Source: Eledone cirrhosa (lineage: Eukaryota). Taken from it: a stretch of DNA of 64,000 nt. Made by a program: the position numbers and the translations under genes. This document shows, one piece after another, positions 13,868-27,302 of the stretch. The notes beneath the pieces were generated by a model. That model did not search any database. It was given only the letters and a program-made list of their open reading frames with translations, and was not told where the DNA came from. The stretch lies in the NCBI GenBank assembly GCA_964016885.1, contig OZ024741.1:283588001-283652000 (forward strand), written 5' to 3'. Positions within the stretch are counted from its first letter, which is position 1. Each line of letters begins with the position of its first letter.

Positions 13868-14310
13868 TCTATATTACTAAAACAGAGAATGTCTGTTTGT
13901 CTGTCTGTCCAATCACTAAAACTCGAGAACCACCCAACTGAGTTTTTTCAAACTTTACACATGTAATACTTATGGTCATATTGAGTGTTCTGGGCAAAAA
14001 AAATTCAAATTTTCAATGCCCTAGGCAATTTAGCGGTCTCTTTCTCTTTCTCTTTTTAGTTAGATACATAGATAAGACGTTGGGCCCTTATAATATCTGT
14101 CTGTATGTCTGGGTGTCTGCATTACGACATTATGACGTAGCTGTGTGTGTATATATATGTATATATATAGTGTGTGTGTGTATATATATATAGTGTGTAA
14201 CGTTTTTCGAAATATTTACTTTTGCGCTCACAGATTGATTTTTTTATTTTAGTTTCAGAAGATCCCATTAAGGGTGAAAGCAACGATTCTTTGCTTAAAC
14301 TTTAATCTGT

Positions 14311-14383
<73 letters not shown>

Positions 14384-17300
14384 TGGTGTGTGTGTTTGTA
14401 TGCATGAATGAGTGTTGGTGTGTGAGTGGCGTGTTTGTTTGTAGTTTGTATGCATGAGTGTTGGTGCATGTGTGTGTGCGTGCGTGTCGTGTCAATAAGT
14501 GTTTTTTTTTATGACCATGCTGTAAAATGGAGGGGTAGAGAGGGCCCTTGAGTCTAGTAAGACATCCTCTCTAGTGCTGGTGGCACAAATAAAAGCAACC
14601 AGTCCATGCTGTAAAGTGGCGCTGGTGTTAGGAAGGGCATCCAACCAGTGTATCAATGCCAAAACACTTATCAGCACAGCAACAAATAGGAACAACAACA
14701 AAATATGAAGACGTCGCATCTCAGAGTTGCAACACTTAATGTTGGCACTCTCAAAGGTATATCTGCTGAAATAGCGGAGATGCTGGAGAGAAGGCATGTG
14801 GATGTGTGCTGCGTGCAAGAGGTAAGATGGAGAGGTGCCTCTGCGAAACTAGTCGTAGGCAAACATCTTAGCTATAAGCTTTTCTGGGTAGGTAGGGATG
14901 ATGGGTTAGGGGGAGTAGGCATTTTCCTGGCTGAGAGATGGATCAATAAGACAATAGAGGTAGTTCGAGTTAGTAATCGAATAATTAAGCTTAGATTAGT
15001 TGTAGGCAGGAGACTACTGACAATCATCTCTGCCTATGCTCCCCAAGCAGGCATAGGCAAAGATGAGAAAGACTGCTTTTACGAGCAACTTTTACAAACA
15101 ACCGCAATGACAGAGGACGGAGACATCGTTATGCTGTTATGCTAGCAGGGGACTTCAATGGTCATGTTGGACAGCTCCAGGATGGTTACACTGGGGTACA
15201 TGGTGGGCATGGTTACGGCTCAAGAAATGAAGGAGTGAAACTTCTTGAATTTTGTGATGCAAGTACACTGACTATTGGCAACACAAACTTCCAGAAACCT
15301 GCCAATCACCTAATAACCTACAAATCTGGCGAGCACATAAGCCAGATTGACTTCTTACTAGTTATACAGCGGGACAGGCAGATAGTGTCTAATACCAAGG
15401 CATACCCTGGGGAAGAATGTACCCCACAGCATAGGTTAGTCGTAAGTGATATCTCAGTAAGCAAGAAATGGAATGAGACATACAGGAAGGTGTGGAGAAG
15501 AAAGGTCTGGAAGCTAAAAGACCTTTCACTAAAATACAAATTTAGGAAAGCCCTTTAAGATGTATATGATGAAAAAGAAGACGATTTAGAGACGTATGAC
15601 ATAGATAATAACTGGAATTTCTTACGTGACAACTTGCTGCAGGCTACTGATGAAACTTGTGCTGGAGCAGAGCTCCAACCAGACAGAGTGTGACCTGGTG
15701 GTGGAACAACACAGTAGATGAGGCCATTAGAGACAAAAGACTAGCATGGAAGGCTTGGAAAAAGGGTGGGAGTAGGGAAGGATATACAGCCGCTAAGAGA
15801 GAAGCTAGACGTCAGGTGTACTTAGCACGCAGGGAGGCTGAGAGTAGGAGGTTTGCCAATGTTCTGCGACGGGAAGATCAGAGGCGTGCGGTGTTCCACA
15901 TTGCAAGGCAGTGTGTCAATGTAAATCAGGATGTTGTTGGAGATAAATGTGTCCGGGATGATGCCGGTGTACTTAGTGTCACGAATGATCAGAAAAAGGA
16001 GGCCTGGAAATGTCATTATGAGAGACTGATGAATGTGGATAACGAATGGGAGAGAGAGAAATTACCCTTGGTAGATCCGACAGAGGGACCAGCTATTGAG
16101 ATTGACGAATATAGGGTCCAAGAGGCGATTAAGGAAATGAAAAATGGTAAGGCTGCTGGACCATCGGGAATAGTTGCTGAGATGCTGAAGGCATCAGGGG
16201 ACGTAGGCACTAAACTGGTTGCACGCATCATCAATCAGGCTATCTATGGTGGTGTCATACCCAAAGACTGGTGCAGCAGTATTCTCATAAATCGCTACAA
16301 AGGTAAAGGGGATGCTCTGGAGAGGAGCAATTATAGGGGTATAAAACTGATGGATCAGGTTATGAAAGTGGCAGAAAGGATATTAGCACAACTAATTAGA
16401 GAAAGGGTCAAACTAGATGAGATGCAGTTTGGTTTAGTGCCTGGGAAGAGTACAACAGATGCCCTCTTCTTGGTGAGACAATTGAAGAGAGGTTCTTAGA
16501 GAAAAATAAGCCACTATACTTAGCCTTTGTTGACCTAGAGAAGGCCTTTGATAGGGTACCCCGATCTGTCATCTGGTGGTCCCTAAGGAAGCTAGGTGTT
16601 GAGGAATGGCTTGTGAGGATAGTGCAAACTTTGTACAGAGGTACTCTCAGTAAAGTCAGGGTAGGAATGGAGTTTAGTGAGGAATTCCAGATACAAGTAG
16701 GAGTACATCAAGGTTCGGTCCTCATCCCGCTCTTGTTTTTTATAGTCCTCCAAGCCATAACAGAGGAGTTTAAGACTGGCTGTCTATGGGAACTTCTCTA
16801 TGCTGATGATCTGGTTCTTATAGCAGAATCAGTAGAGGAGCTAGAGAATAAATTCCGGCTATGGAAACAGCAGTTGGAAGCAAGAGGACTGAGAGTAAAT
16901 CTAGCTAAGACAAAAGTGTTGATGAATAGAAAAGAGGACAAAACTCTGATTCCGTCAGGGAAATGGCCATGTTCGATATGCAGAAAAGGAACTGGCATAA
17001 ATTCTATAAAATGCACACAATGCAGATCCTGGGTACACAAGAGATGTAGTGGGATAGCAGGCAAACTAACAGGTAGGGAGAAATATGTCTGCAGTAGATG
17101 TACAGGGAAATTAGACAGTAGAAGTCGCATTGATAGACACATTTTTCAAATGCAAGCGGGTGCTATAGAAGTGGTGGATAGCTTCCGGTACCTAGGAGAT
17201 CAGATTAGCATGGGAGGAGGGTGTTCCGAGACCATAGTATCTAGAATAAGGACGGGTTGGAAGAAGTTTAAGGAGCTGCTTCCTCTGCTGATGAAGAAGG

Positions 17301-17782
17301 GTTTCTCCCTGCGTACAAAGGCCGGTTGTATGATGCCTGTGTGAGGAGCACGATGCTGCATGGTAGTGAGACATGGGCAGCAACTGCAGAGGATATGCGA
17401 TGGCTGGAGAGAAATGAGGCAAGCATGCTCCGTTGGATGTGCAGTGTCAATGTGCGTGAACGACCCAGCATGAATATGTTTTGAGAGAAACTGTCTGAGA
17501 GGGATAGAATGTAGTGTACGGGAGAGGAGACTGAGGTGGTATGGACATGTGATGCGCATGGAGGATGACCAATAGGTGAAGAAGTGCCAGGAAATGCCAG
17601 TTGAAGGAAGACGTGGTAGAGGTAGACTACGAAAAACATGGGCGGAGGTGGTGAGAACAGACCTCAGATAATTGAAGCTCTCAGTGGAGATGACGAGGGG
17701 CCGTGGACGAGTGGAGAGATGCTGTGCTGAATAAGACCCATCCCACCCTTGCGAGCAGGGAAGAGCGGACGTAAAATGATGA

Positions 17783-17832
<50 letters not shown>

Positions 17833-18557
17833 CTTCGCACGGAAAAAACCCTGGTAATCTATGACAAATTTTTTTTATAAGCATAAATACATACACCATC
17901 TCGAGGTCGAGGTATTCCGTACTTCTCGGTACTGTTTTTATATATATATATATATAATTAATACAATAACAGAGATAGCTTAACGCTAAACTCCGACTGG
18001 TAACCATCTCACTCAACAAACATTAGGTTATATGTTAGTATAACCCAATTTAAGTGTTTGGGGTGCTAACTATATGTATTTTGTGGAAAGCCAGTTGTAT
18101 TATTTTATGAGATATAATTAAAGTTAAAATATATCTCTCTTTCCAAACAATTGTTTCATTATAAGTTTTCTACAAGTGGGGAGAATGTTTCCAGTTTATG
18201 TAGAAGCCTAACATATATTCATGTAAGACTATATTTAGGTGGGCACTTATAAATCTTCAGTGGAAGCCCATTAACCTTTGAAATAAGAAAACATTCTTAC
18301 TGCAGTTAAAAATCGTGTCCGCTAAGCTGCTCCTTCACGCATCGAATGACCGCCAAATTTGAAATTCCAGCAGTCTTTTGACTGAGGAAGTTTCATAGCG
18401 TCACGAAGCGGGAAGGGGAGACAACCACGACACGAGAAAAGAAAAAAATAATATGTTATTCTACTGTAAATTTATACAAATATATAATAAATTACAAGTG
18501 ACATGAACTTTTCAGTCGACCTCGTAAATAAATATTACACCATTATTCACTTTTTTC

Positions 18558-18601
<44 letters not shown>

Positions 18602-19401
18602 TATATAATTATATATTCATGTACAGATATTTTTGCATACACAATAACAAAATATAAACAAACGCATTTATTTCACGAGGCTTGATAAGGATAAATATAT
18701 ATCAAATATATAAGAATCCTAGAGAAAATCCCGAGCAACGCTGGGCCGTTCTGCTAGTCTATATATCTAAAACAGAAAATGTCTGTCTGTCTGTCTGTCT
18801 GTCTGTCTGCTCACTAAAACTCGAGAACTACCCAACCGATTGTTTTCAAACTTTACATATGTAATACTTATGGTCCTGTGAGTGTTTTGAGAAAAAAAAT
18901 TTCAAATGTTCATTGCCCTAGGGACCGCATTAGGTGATTTAGCGATCTCTCTCTATAATTCTTAGTCTTTCTCTTTTTAGATAGATACATAGATATAACG
19001 TTGCACCCTTATAATATCTGTCTGTATGTCTGAATGTCTGCATTACGACATTATGACCCGGTGTGTGTGTGTTTGTGTGTGTGTATGTATATATAGTGTG
19101 TATATATATATATATAGTGTGTAACGTTTTTCAAAATATTTACTTCTGCGTTCACAGATTGATTTTTTTAGTTTCAGAAGATCTCGTTAAGGGTGAAATC
19201 AGCGATTCTTTGCTTAAACTTTAATCTGTTATTTTAATATATATATATATAATTATATATTCGTGTACAGATATTTTTGCATACACAATAACAAAATATA
19301 AACAAACATATTTATTTCACAAGGTTCGATAAGGATAAATATATATCAAATATATAAGAACCCTAGAGCAAATCCCGAGCAACGCTGGGCCATTCTGCTA
19401 G
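13868..19401 (+). mobile_element. Non-autonomous Helitron head-to-tail dimer: copy 1 13868-18757 (interrupted), copy 2 18758-19401
   Basis: A|TC 5' start, (GTCT)n near the 5' end, subterminal hairpin CCCGAGCAACGCTGGG, CTAG|T 3' end and an internal CTAG|TC junction. Confidence 0.85.
14510..17786 (+). mobile_element. RTE-clade LINE, family B, near full length, with multiple stops and frameshifts
   Basis: ORF pieces 14705-15145, 15139-15558, 15657-16499 and 16613-17344 give EN, RT and the PHD finger. Short 3' end cccacccttgc..cggacgtaaaa(TGA)n. Confidence 0.93.
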
Positions 19402-19935
19402 TGTATAATAAAAATGAGTATGAAAACATAAAAAACATAAAAGAGCTTAAAATTCTGAAGTAAAAAATAATGTGAGGCCCAAGTCCTATTCAAAACACTT
19501 CCAATAAAATGACACAACACATACTCTACATCAGCGCCACCCAGTAAAATAACAACACCCACCTTTACATAACAGACAGCCAGCACTGCAACACTAATAA
19601 CTCATTTAACCAACACTCTAGACAGCTGCAATACATTAATGCTACATTAGCTACACACCTCACACCACACACCCATCACCAAGGCACATAACACCAATTA
19701 CACAACACATACAGAATATATTTACCACCCAACAAACTAACACAACTCACATTACACATACTCTACAAAACAGAACAAACACTAAAATAACACCAGAAAC
19801 AGCAAGCTAAACATCATTACAAAACAACATTGATGCAGTATACTAAGAGGAGTCTATACTCAGCTCAAAGAAAATTTGAAAAAAGTGTTAGGAAAGAGAT
19901 TCATAATTTGAAAGGTGCACAGTATGAAATCCTAC

Positions 19936-20032
19936 TTCCAGTTTCTTGGTCCAAGCAGTAGGTTAGATCTCCCTCTATTGGTTGATTATAGTCAAACTCC
20001 ATCAGCATATCGTTTCCTTTGGTAATGGTGAT
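19936..20032 (-). CDS. Host multi-PLAT protein exon (phase 0->1; ITITKGNDMLMEFDYNQPIEGDLTYCLDQETG), PLAT C-terminal strands
   Basis: Acceptor cttcttgctAG, donor GTagga, 97 nt. Completes the PLAT domain (I.I....F.yn..I). Confidence 0.8.
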
Positions 20033-20089
20033 CTAGCAAGAAGATGATCAAAGGACATTTAGATTGAACAATTATGTAGAGAAAATATT

Positions 20090-20880
20090 AGTTTCTAATT
20101 TAGACACAAGGCCAGAAATTTGGGGGTACGATGGAGGAAAGTTGATGGAATCGATCCCAGTATTTAACTGATATTTTATTTTTTTGATTTGCACTGAGAA
20201 CATAAAGAACTGGAACAGATAATGCTAAGCATTTGTCTGATGCTCTAACAACACTGCTAATCAATGGCTTTCAATCTAATAATAATTTCTGATTTTGACC
20301 CCAGTGCATTACTGGTACTTAATTTTATCGATCCCTTAGGATGAAAGGCAAAGTAACCTCAGCAGGATTTGAACTCAGAACATAAAGGGTCGTAACTATA
20401 TGTTACTAAGCACATTGTGCAACTCTCTACTGATTCTGCCAATCTACCCTTCTAACAATTGTTTCTACTTTTGGCACAAGGTCAGCAATTACCCAGTACA
20501 TTACTGGTACTTTATTTTATCGACCCCGTAAGGATGAAAGGCAAAGTCAACCTCGGCGGGATTTGAACTCAGATCGTAAAGAGACGTAACTATGATGGAA
20601 ATCATGGCGTCCGACCCTCTACCGATACTGCCAATCCACCGCCTTATAATGATTTCTAATTTGGTGGGAGAGAGAGTCAATTATGCCTACTGGTACTTTA
20701 TTTTATCAACCTTGGAAGGATGGAAGGCAAAGTTGCGCCTCAGCAAGATTTGAACTCAGAATGAAAGAGCCAAAATAAATACCACAATAGCGTTTTATCT
20801 GATGCTCTACCAATCCTGCCAATCAACCACCCAGTTAAATAATGATTTCTAGTTTTGGCACAAGGCCAGCAATTTTGCGG
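20090..20880 (-). mobile_element. Cluster of about four tandem Nin-domain SINE copies
   Basis: Repeated tactggtactttattttatcgaccc..ggatgaaaggcaaagt..ggatttgaactcag. Further decayed copies lie near 8635-8793, 10025-10180, 23455-23600 and 25345-25475. Confidence 0.8.
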
Positions 20881-21259
20881 TGGGGAAGTCAATTTACTTC
20901 AAATAGTGTGCACGAATCATTTAGCATAGTCTCAGGTCAACCCAAACAATTGTGAATGAAATTCGGATAGACAGAAAATTTAACCCAATTATTGGGCTAC
21001 ACCTGTAATTTAAAGATCCAGTCTTGTCACACGCTGTATCTTATTGAATTTCTCTAAGAACTACGTGAAGGGTACATAATGTCCAGTCGCTGTTCCTGTA
21101 ATTCAAAGTTCCAGACTTGTTCCAGTATGTCATGCTGAATCTCTCATTAAAGGTACACGTATCTGTGAAATCTCCAGACACTTAGATGTTAATTTTACAG
21201 GCTGATCCATTGAATGAAAATCAGAAACACTTCTTACTGAAATCAGCTGGCATCCAAAT

Positions 21260-22448
21260 TGGGAAATGGCCATGCTCAGTGTGTAGGAAAGGAGTAGGCA
21301 GAAACTCCATTTTATGTCCCAAATGCAAAGAATGGGTGCATAAAAGATGTAGTGGGATCACAGGTAAGCTAACTAAGAATAGAGATTTTATATGTGGCCG
21401 GTGCTCAGGTGCAATAAGTAGCAGCAAGTGCCCACAGAATACTAGCTCATTCCATTGCACAGATGGTTCTATAGAAATAGTGGACACCTTCCATTACCTG
21501 GGTGACAAAATCAGCAGTGAGGGAGGGTGCTCTGAAAGTACAGTAGCTAGAGTCAGAACGGGATGGAAAAAGTTCAGAGAGCTTATACCACTATTGGCCG
21601 CTAAAGGGTTCTCTCTAAAAATGAAAGGCAGGCTGTATGATGCCTGCATACGAACAGCAATGTTACATGGCAGTGAGACTTGGGCATTGTGTGCAGAGGA
21701 TATACGCAGACTGGAGAGGAACGAAGCTTGCATGGTCCGTTGGATGTGTAATAGTAATATACATGAACGGCAAAGCATAAATGAACTAAGGGAGAAATTA
21801 GGAATAAGAGGGATCAGATGTTGTTTACTCGAGAGAAGACTACGTTGGTATGGTCACGTGATGTGCATGAAAGATGACAGCTGTATAAAAAAGTGCAGGG
21901 CAATAAAAATAGATGGTAGCCACAGAGTAGGCAGACCCAGAAAAACCTGGGACGACTTGATAAATTCCGATCTCACACACTTACACCTCTCCAAGGCATT
22001 GTAACTGGACCGAGATCTTTGGCGCTACGCAGTAATACAGAAGACCCGCCTTGCCTAAGTACAAAGCGAAACCTAGTCAGTAGGCACCTCTTAACAAAAA
22101 TACACCCCCGTCCCACTACCCCACCCCATCCACACCACCCCATCCACACCACCCCTTTCGATGTAAAGTTATGTTGGTACCACAACATCTAGTCCGAAAT
22201 AAATGAGGTCATGTAGGTGTCACGACAAAAAAAGACACAGTCCACGCTGTAATGTGGCCATGTAGGTAACATGGTAAAAACCTCCCAGTCCACACTGTAA
22301 ACGTGGTTGGTGTTAGGAAGGGCATCCAGCCGTAGAAAACCTGCCAGACAGTCCTATACAAGCAAGACAACTAATCTTGCCTCAAGTGGGAAAACTCCCG
22401 TCCAAACCCATGCAAGCGTGGAAGATGGACGTTAAACGATGATGATGA
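21260..22448 (+). mobile_element. 5'-truncated RTE family A copy
   Basis: ORF 21186-22004 from GKWPCSVC onward, plus the family A 3' UTR and (GAT)n tail. Confidence 0.92.
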
Positions 22449-22464
22449 TCATCATCATCATCAT

Positions 22465-23357
22465 TATTTACATGAACAGGATTGACATGCACAGCTGGGT
22501 TGGAAGTGATATCATGACAGCCAAGTGTAAAATCAGTCAGCTGCAATTTGTAGATGACAGGGTGTTACTTTACTTGACAGAAGATGATCTCCGACTTGCA
22601 CTTGATAAGTTTGATTGATGCTGAGTGCTACATGGCTGGAATGAAAATCAGTGCTGTGAAAACTGAGACACTTGTCCTCTCAAGGAAGTCTGCACAGTAC
22701 ACTGTACATGTGAATGGAGTTCCACTGAAGCATGTGGAGAGGTTTAAGTATCTCAGGGCCAAGTTCATGAGTGATAGAAGGCAGGAGGCTGAATTATGTG
22801 CAAGAATTGCAAGAGTTGGACAGCAATGTGCCAGTTTCAGCATTGGTAATCAGAAGAAGGGAGGTAGGTGTAAAAGCCAAACTCACTATCTTCAATTTGG
22901 TATTCATGCCAACCTTTACCTATGGTCGTGAATCTTGGGTAATGGTCAAAAGAATACGATTGCGAATATAAGTGGCCGAAATGGAGTACCTCTAAAGGAT
23001 CTTTGGAGTAAGGTTATTTAATAGCGGGCGTAACTCAGAGATCAGTGAGTCACTCCAGGCAGAGCAGCTACTTCACCGAATTGAAAGATCACAGCTCCAA
23101 TACTATGGGCACGGGGTTAGAATGTCTTAGGAAAGAATTGCTGGACAGATTTTATGGGCAAAAATCAACCAGGAGGAGAACCAGTGGTAGACTCTGAACA
23201 AGATGGTTGGAAAACATCCACAAGCTTGACTGGTCTTGCTTGGGAATCCAGCTGGATCAGTTGGAGATAGTTGCTTCTGACAGGAGCCCCTGGAAGGAGT
23301 TGTTGAGGACTCCGCCCCCATGAACCTCTCAGGAATAAGCAGACAAAGAAGAAGAAG
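22465..23357 (+). mobile_element. Decayed RTE LINE of a third type (Rex3/Expander-like, no PHD insert), 3' part
   Basis: FVDD..MKISAVKTETLVLSRK..LKHVERFKYL..PTFTYGRESW; (GAA)n tail. Confidence 0.75.
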
Positions 23358-23615
23358 TTTAAATACTTAAATGCATTACATAACATCAACGTCATGCATC
23401 ATATGTATTGTGCTTTTCCTAATTAGAGATAATTTCTTACATATAATTTATTGCTTGTAATTTAGGCACAAGGCCTGTAATTTAGGAGGATGGGGAAAGT
23501 TGGTTAAACTAGCCACTGTACTTGACTGGTCCTTTCTTTTATTGATCTTAGAAGGATGAAAAGCAAAATTAACCTCAGCAGGATTTAAATGGAGGATGTA
23601 AAGAAGCTTCTTTAA

Positions 23616-23833
23616 CTGTTTAGCATTTAAACCGGCTGTATCTGGCTAGAATTCTCTTACCTCATTCTGTTCAAACAGGCTGTAACCGGCCACTCATACT
23701 GATGTTAAGCTATTGTTCTCAAAATACAAATATCAAAATCTTGTAGATTCGATATTATGTGAGATAATTATGAAGTAAAGCCTTTACCATGAAAATATAA
23801 TAGTATATATAGAGTAATGTAAATGTTAAAGGG
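23616..23833. mobile_element. piggyBac-like MITE, same family as 34341-34561 in opposite orientation
   Basis: TTAA flanks, degenerate TIRs, and a body that matches the reverse complement of 34341-34561. Confidence 0.75.
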
Positions 23834-23866
23834 TTAAAATACCAGAAAAATAAAAAATCAACTTAC

Positions 23867-24102
23867 GTTGTCGATAATCCATTCTGTTGAATTAATTACT
23901 CTTTTCAAGGAGAAGCATTTAAGTACATATTTTGATGGAGTTTTTATTCTGAACACATCCATTGTGTTGTTTTTGAAATCATCATCTTTAGTATCTAGGG
24001 TGACAGAAAATTTCCTATCAACATAATACAAGACTATGTATATACCATCATCAGTTCCACTGTCCCCAGTCTTTATGGCAATGTTTGTATATATGTTAGA
24101 CG
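23867..24102 (-). CDS. Host multi-PLAT protein exon with a clear PLAT/LH2 domain (IAIKTGDSGTDDGIYIVLY...LDTKDDDFKNNTMDVFRI...EWIIDN)
   Basis: Acceptor ttttttAG, donor GTaagt, 236 nt. Matches the PLAT consensus xTG..GTD..V.I.L ... F..g..D.F.I ... W.l..v. Missed by the ORF track. Confidence 0.85.
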
Positions 24103-25194
24103 CTAAAAAATAGCAGATAACAAAATATTTGAAAAGATCAGTTTAACGATAACATAAAAATAAGTGGAGGTAACATTTGTCAATTTGTGAATCGTATTGC
24201 AAACTTAATCATTGATATGCTCTTTGCATTGCAGATATTTAGCTATAAGTGAAGTAAAAGTATTAGGTGATGCTCTTGAAGGCATATGGCTATTCCAGTG
24301 TCTTAACTGCACTATCACCTGATCTTGCTGATGGTATCTGTTTATTTTAGCTTACTGAATACATGCCATCTCCATTCAGGCACTCCTGACTCACCCACAT
24401 CACCTGTATTCTGTTCAACCTCCCATGCCTTTCCTACACTCAATCCCTCCTGTCCAGAATGCTGGTCCTATGGAACTCTACTCTCTTTCTCTCACTACCT
24501 ATACTGTGTCCAACATGCCTTGTCCTGTACTAACCACTATGTCTAATTCTTCTTCTCAGAATGTTGGCCTTCTGGTCCTCATGTCTTTCCCAAAAGAATG
24601 TGCCTGCAACAGTTTAAATAGAACATCATTGGTATCAATCTCTCCACTTTCAGTGAGCATGAGAAGGCATGAGTTCTCTAGACCTACCAAGTATAAAAAC
24701 AAGACTACAACACTTTCACATATTCAAATGGACAAATGTCTATTTATTTACATCACCATGACTTGGTGGATTGTGTCTCATTTTATTGACTTTTTATTTT
24801 TCAAGACATCACTTGAGATTATATTTTGTCTAGGATTGTACGTATTGTTAATATTTTCCTTTTAATAATGACTTTCATTCAAATTATGATGCAGAAACTA
24901 AGATACACGCACTTCTCTATCATTCACTGCTTGCACTAAACAAGTTTATAAAGGACAAAATACTCATAAATAAATAAATAAATTAATTAATTAACTAATT
25001 AATTAATAGAGTGCAAGCATAGATATGAAGTTCAAAAGTTTGTCCACTCTCACGAAGTGCCGGATTTGAACCCAGTGCATGGTACTTTGGACAGATGAAT
25101 ACTACTCTTGTCTCAAGTTAACATTATGAACCTTCATAATGTTTAAAACAAGTACAATGATAAAAGGATGAATAAATATAATTTGTTTTCTTAC

Positions 25195-25285
25195 AGTAAC
25201 TTTGTTTCCAATAAATTTGTTTGGTCAACTTTTCTCCATGCACTAAATTATATTTTCTTTCGCAATAGGCCATGGATATGTTCAA
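25195..25285 (-). CDS. Host multi-PLAT protein exon (phase 0->1; LNISMAYCERKYNLVHGEKLTKQIYWKQSY)
   Basis: Acceptor ctctctAG, donor GTaaga, 91 nt, open, in frame with both neighbours. Confidence 0.75.
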
Positions 25286-25569
25286 CTAGAGAGCAATTTA
25301 GATATCTCAATTAGATAAATATGCATACATATATACATACATAAAGTAGCAAATTGGCAGAGTTGTTATAGCGTTTGATTAAATACCTTTCATATTCATA
25401 CTAGCTCAAAGTTGAAATACCATAAGGGGACAACTATGTTTTAATTCTTTTGGTAGGGCAATAAATAAGTTACCAGATCTGGAGTGATGGATCAATGGAT
25501 TGGCTGATGCTTTGAGGGACCTGTACCAGCCATTTGTGTTTTGATGTCAGATCCCATGAATGAGGTCTG

Positions 25570-27302
25570 TAGTGGTGACCTACCATATTTACTCTGTCAT
25601 CTACTGGGACAGTAGTAGTAATCTACCATATTTACTCTGTCATCTACTGGGACACTAGTAGTGACCTACCATATTTACTCTGTCATCTACTGGTACACTA
25701 GTGGTGATCTACCATATTTACTGTCATCTACTAGGACACTAGTAGTGACCTGCCATATTTACTCTGTCATCTACTGGGACACTAGTAGTGACCTACCATA
25801 TTTACTGTCATCTACTGGGACACTAGTAGTGACCTACCATATTTACTCTGTCATCTACTGGGACACTAGTAGTGACCTACCATATTTACTCTGACATCTA
25901 CTGGGACACTAGTAGTGACCTACCATATTTACTCTGACATCTACTGGGACACTAGCAGTGACCTGCCATCTTTTCTCTGTCATCTACTGGGACACTAGTA
26001 GTGACCTAACATATTTACTGTCACCTACTTGGACACTAGTAGTGACCTACCATATTTACTCTGTCATCTACTGGGACACTAGTAGTGACCTACATATTTA
26101 CTGTCATCTACTGGGACACTAGTAGTGACCTACCATATTTACTCTGTCATCTACTGGGACACTAGTAGTGACCTACCATATTTACTCTGTCATCTACTGG
26201 GACACTAGTAGTGACCTACCATATTTACTCTGTCATCTACTGGGACACTAGTAGTGACCTGCCATATTTACTCTGTCATCTACTGGGACACTAGTAGTGA
26301 CCTGCCATATTTACTGTCATCTACTGGGACACTAGTAGTGACCTACCATATTTACTCTGTCATCTACTGGGACACTAGTAGTGACCTACCATATTTACTC
26401 TGTCATCTACTGGGACACTAGTAGTGACCTACCATATTTACTGTCATCTACTGGCACAGTAGTAGTGACCTACCATATTTACTCTGTCATCTACTGGGAC
26501 ACTAGTAGTGACCTACCATATTTACTCTGTCATCTACTGGGACACTAGTAGTGACCTGCCATATTTACTGTCATCTACTGGGACACTAGTAGTGACCTAC
26601 CATATCTACTCTGTCATCTACTGGGACACTAGTAGTGACCTACCATATTTACTGTCATCTACTGGGACACTAGTAGTGACCTACCATATTTACTCTGTCA
26701 TCTACTGGGACACTAGTAGTGACCTACCATATTTACTCTGTCATCTACTGGGACACTAGTAGTGACCTACCATATTTACTGTCATCTACTGGGACAGTAG
26801 TAGTGACCTACCATATTTACTCTGTCATCTACTGGGACAGTAGTAGTGACCTACCATATTTACTGTCATCTACTGGGACACTAGTGGTGACCTGCCATAT
26901 TTACTCTGTCATCTACTGGGACACTAGTAGTGACCTGCCATATTTACTCTGTCATCTACTGGGACACTAGTAGTGACCTGCCATATTTACTCTGTCATCT
27001 ACTGGGACACTAGTAGTGACCTACCATATTTACTCTGTCATCTACTGGCACAGTAGTAGTGACCTACCATATTTACTCTGTCATCTACTGGGACACTAGT
27101 AGTGACCTACCATATTTACTCTGTCATCTACTGGGACACTAGTAGTGACCTGCCATATTTACTCTGTCATCTACTGGGACACTAGTAGTGACCTACCATA
27201 TTTACTCTGTCATCTACTGGGACACTAGTAGTGACCTACCATATTTACTCTGTCATCTACTGGGACACTAGTAGTGACCTACCATATTTACTCTGTCATC
27301 TA
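25570..27302. repeat. Minisatellite, 43-bp unit gacctaccatatttactctgtcatctactgggacactagtagt (41-bp variant lacks ct), about 40 copies
   Basis: Directly visible tandem array inside a host intron. Confidence 0.97.

Noticed and set aside
25570-27302. CRISPR-like array of hairpin repeats
   Set aside because: Units are contiguous with no unique spacers, there are no cas genes, and the context is eukaryotic. ORFs 25661-25894, 26508-26759 and 26719-26970 are repeat read-through.
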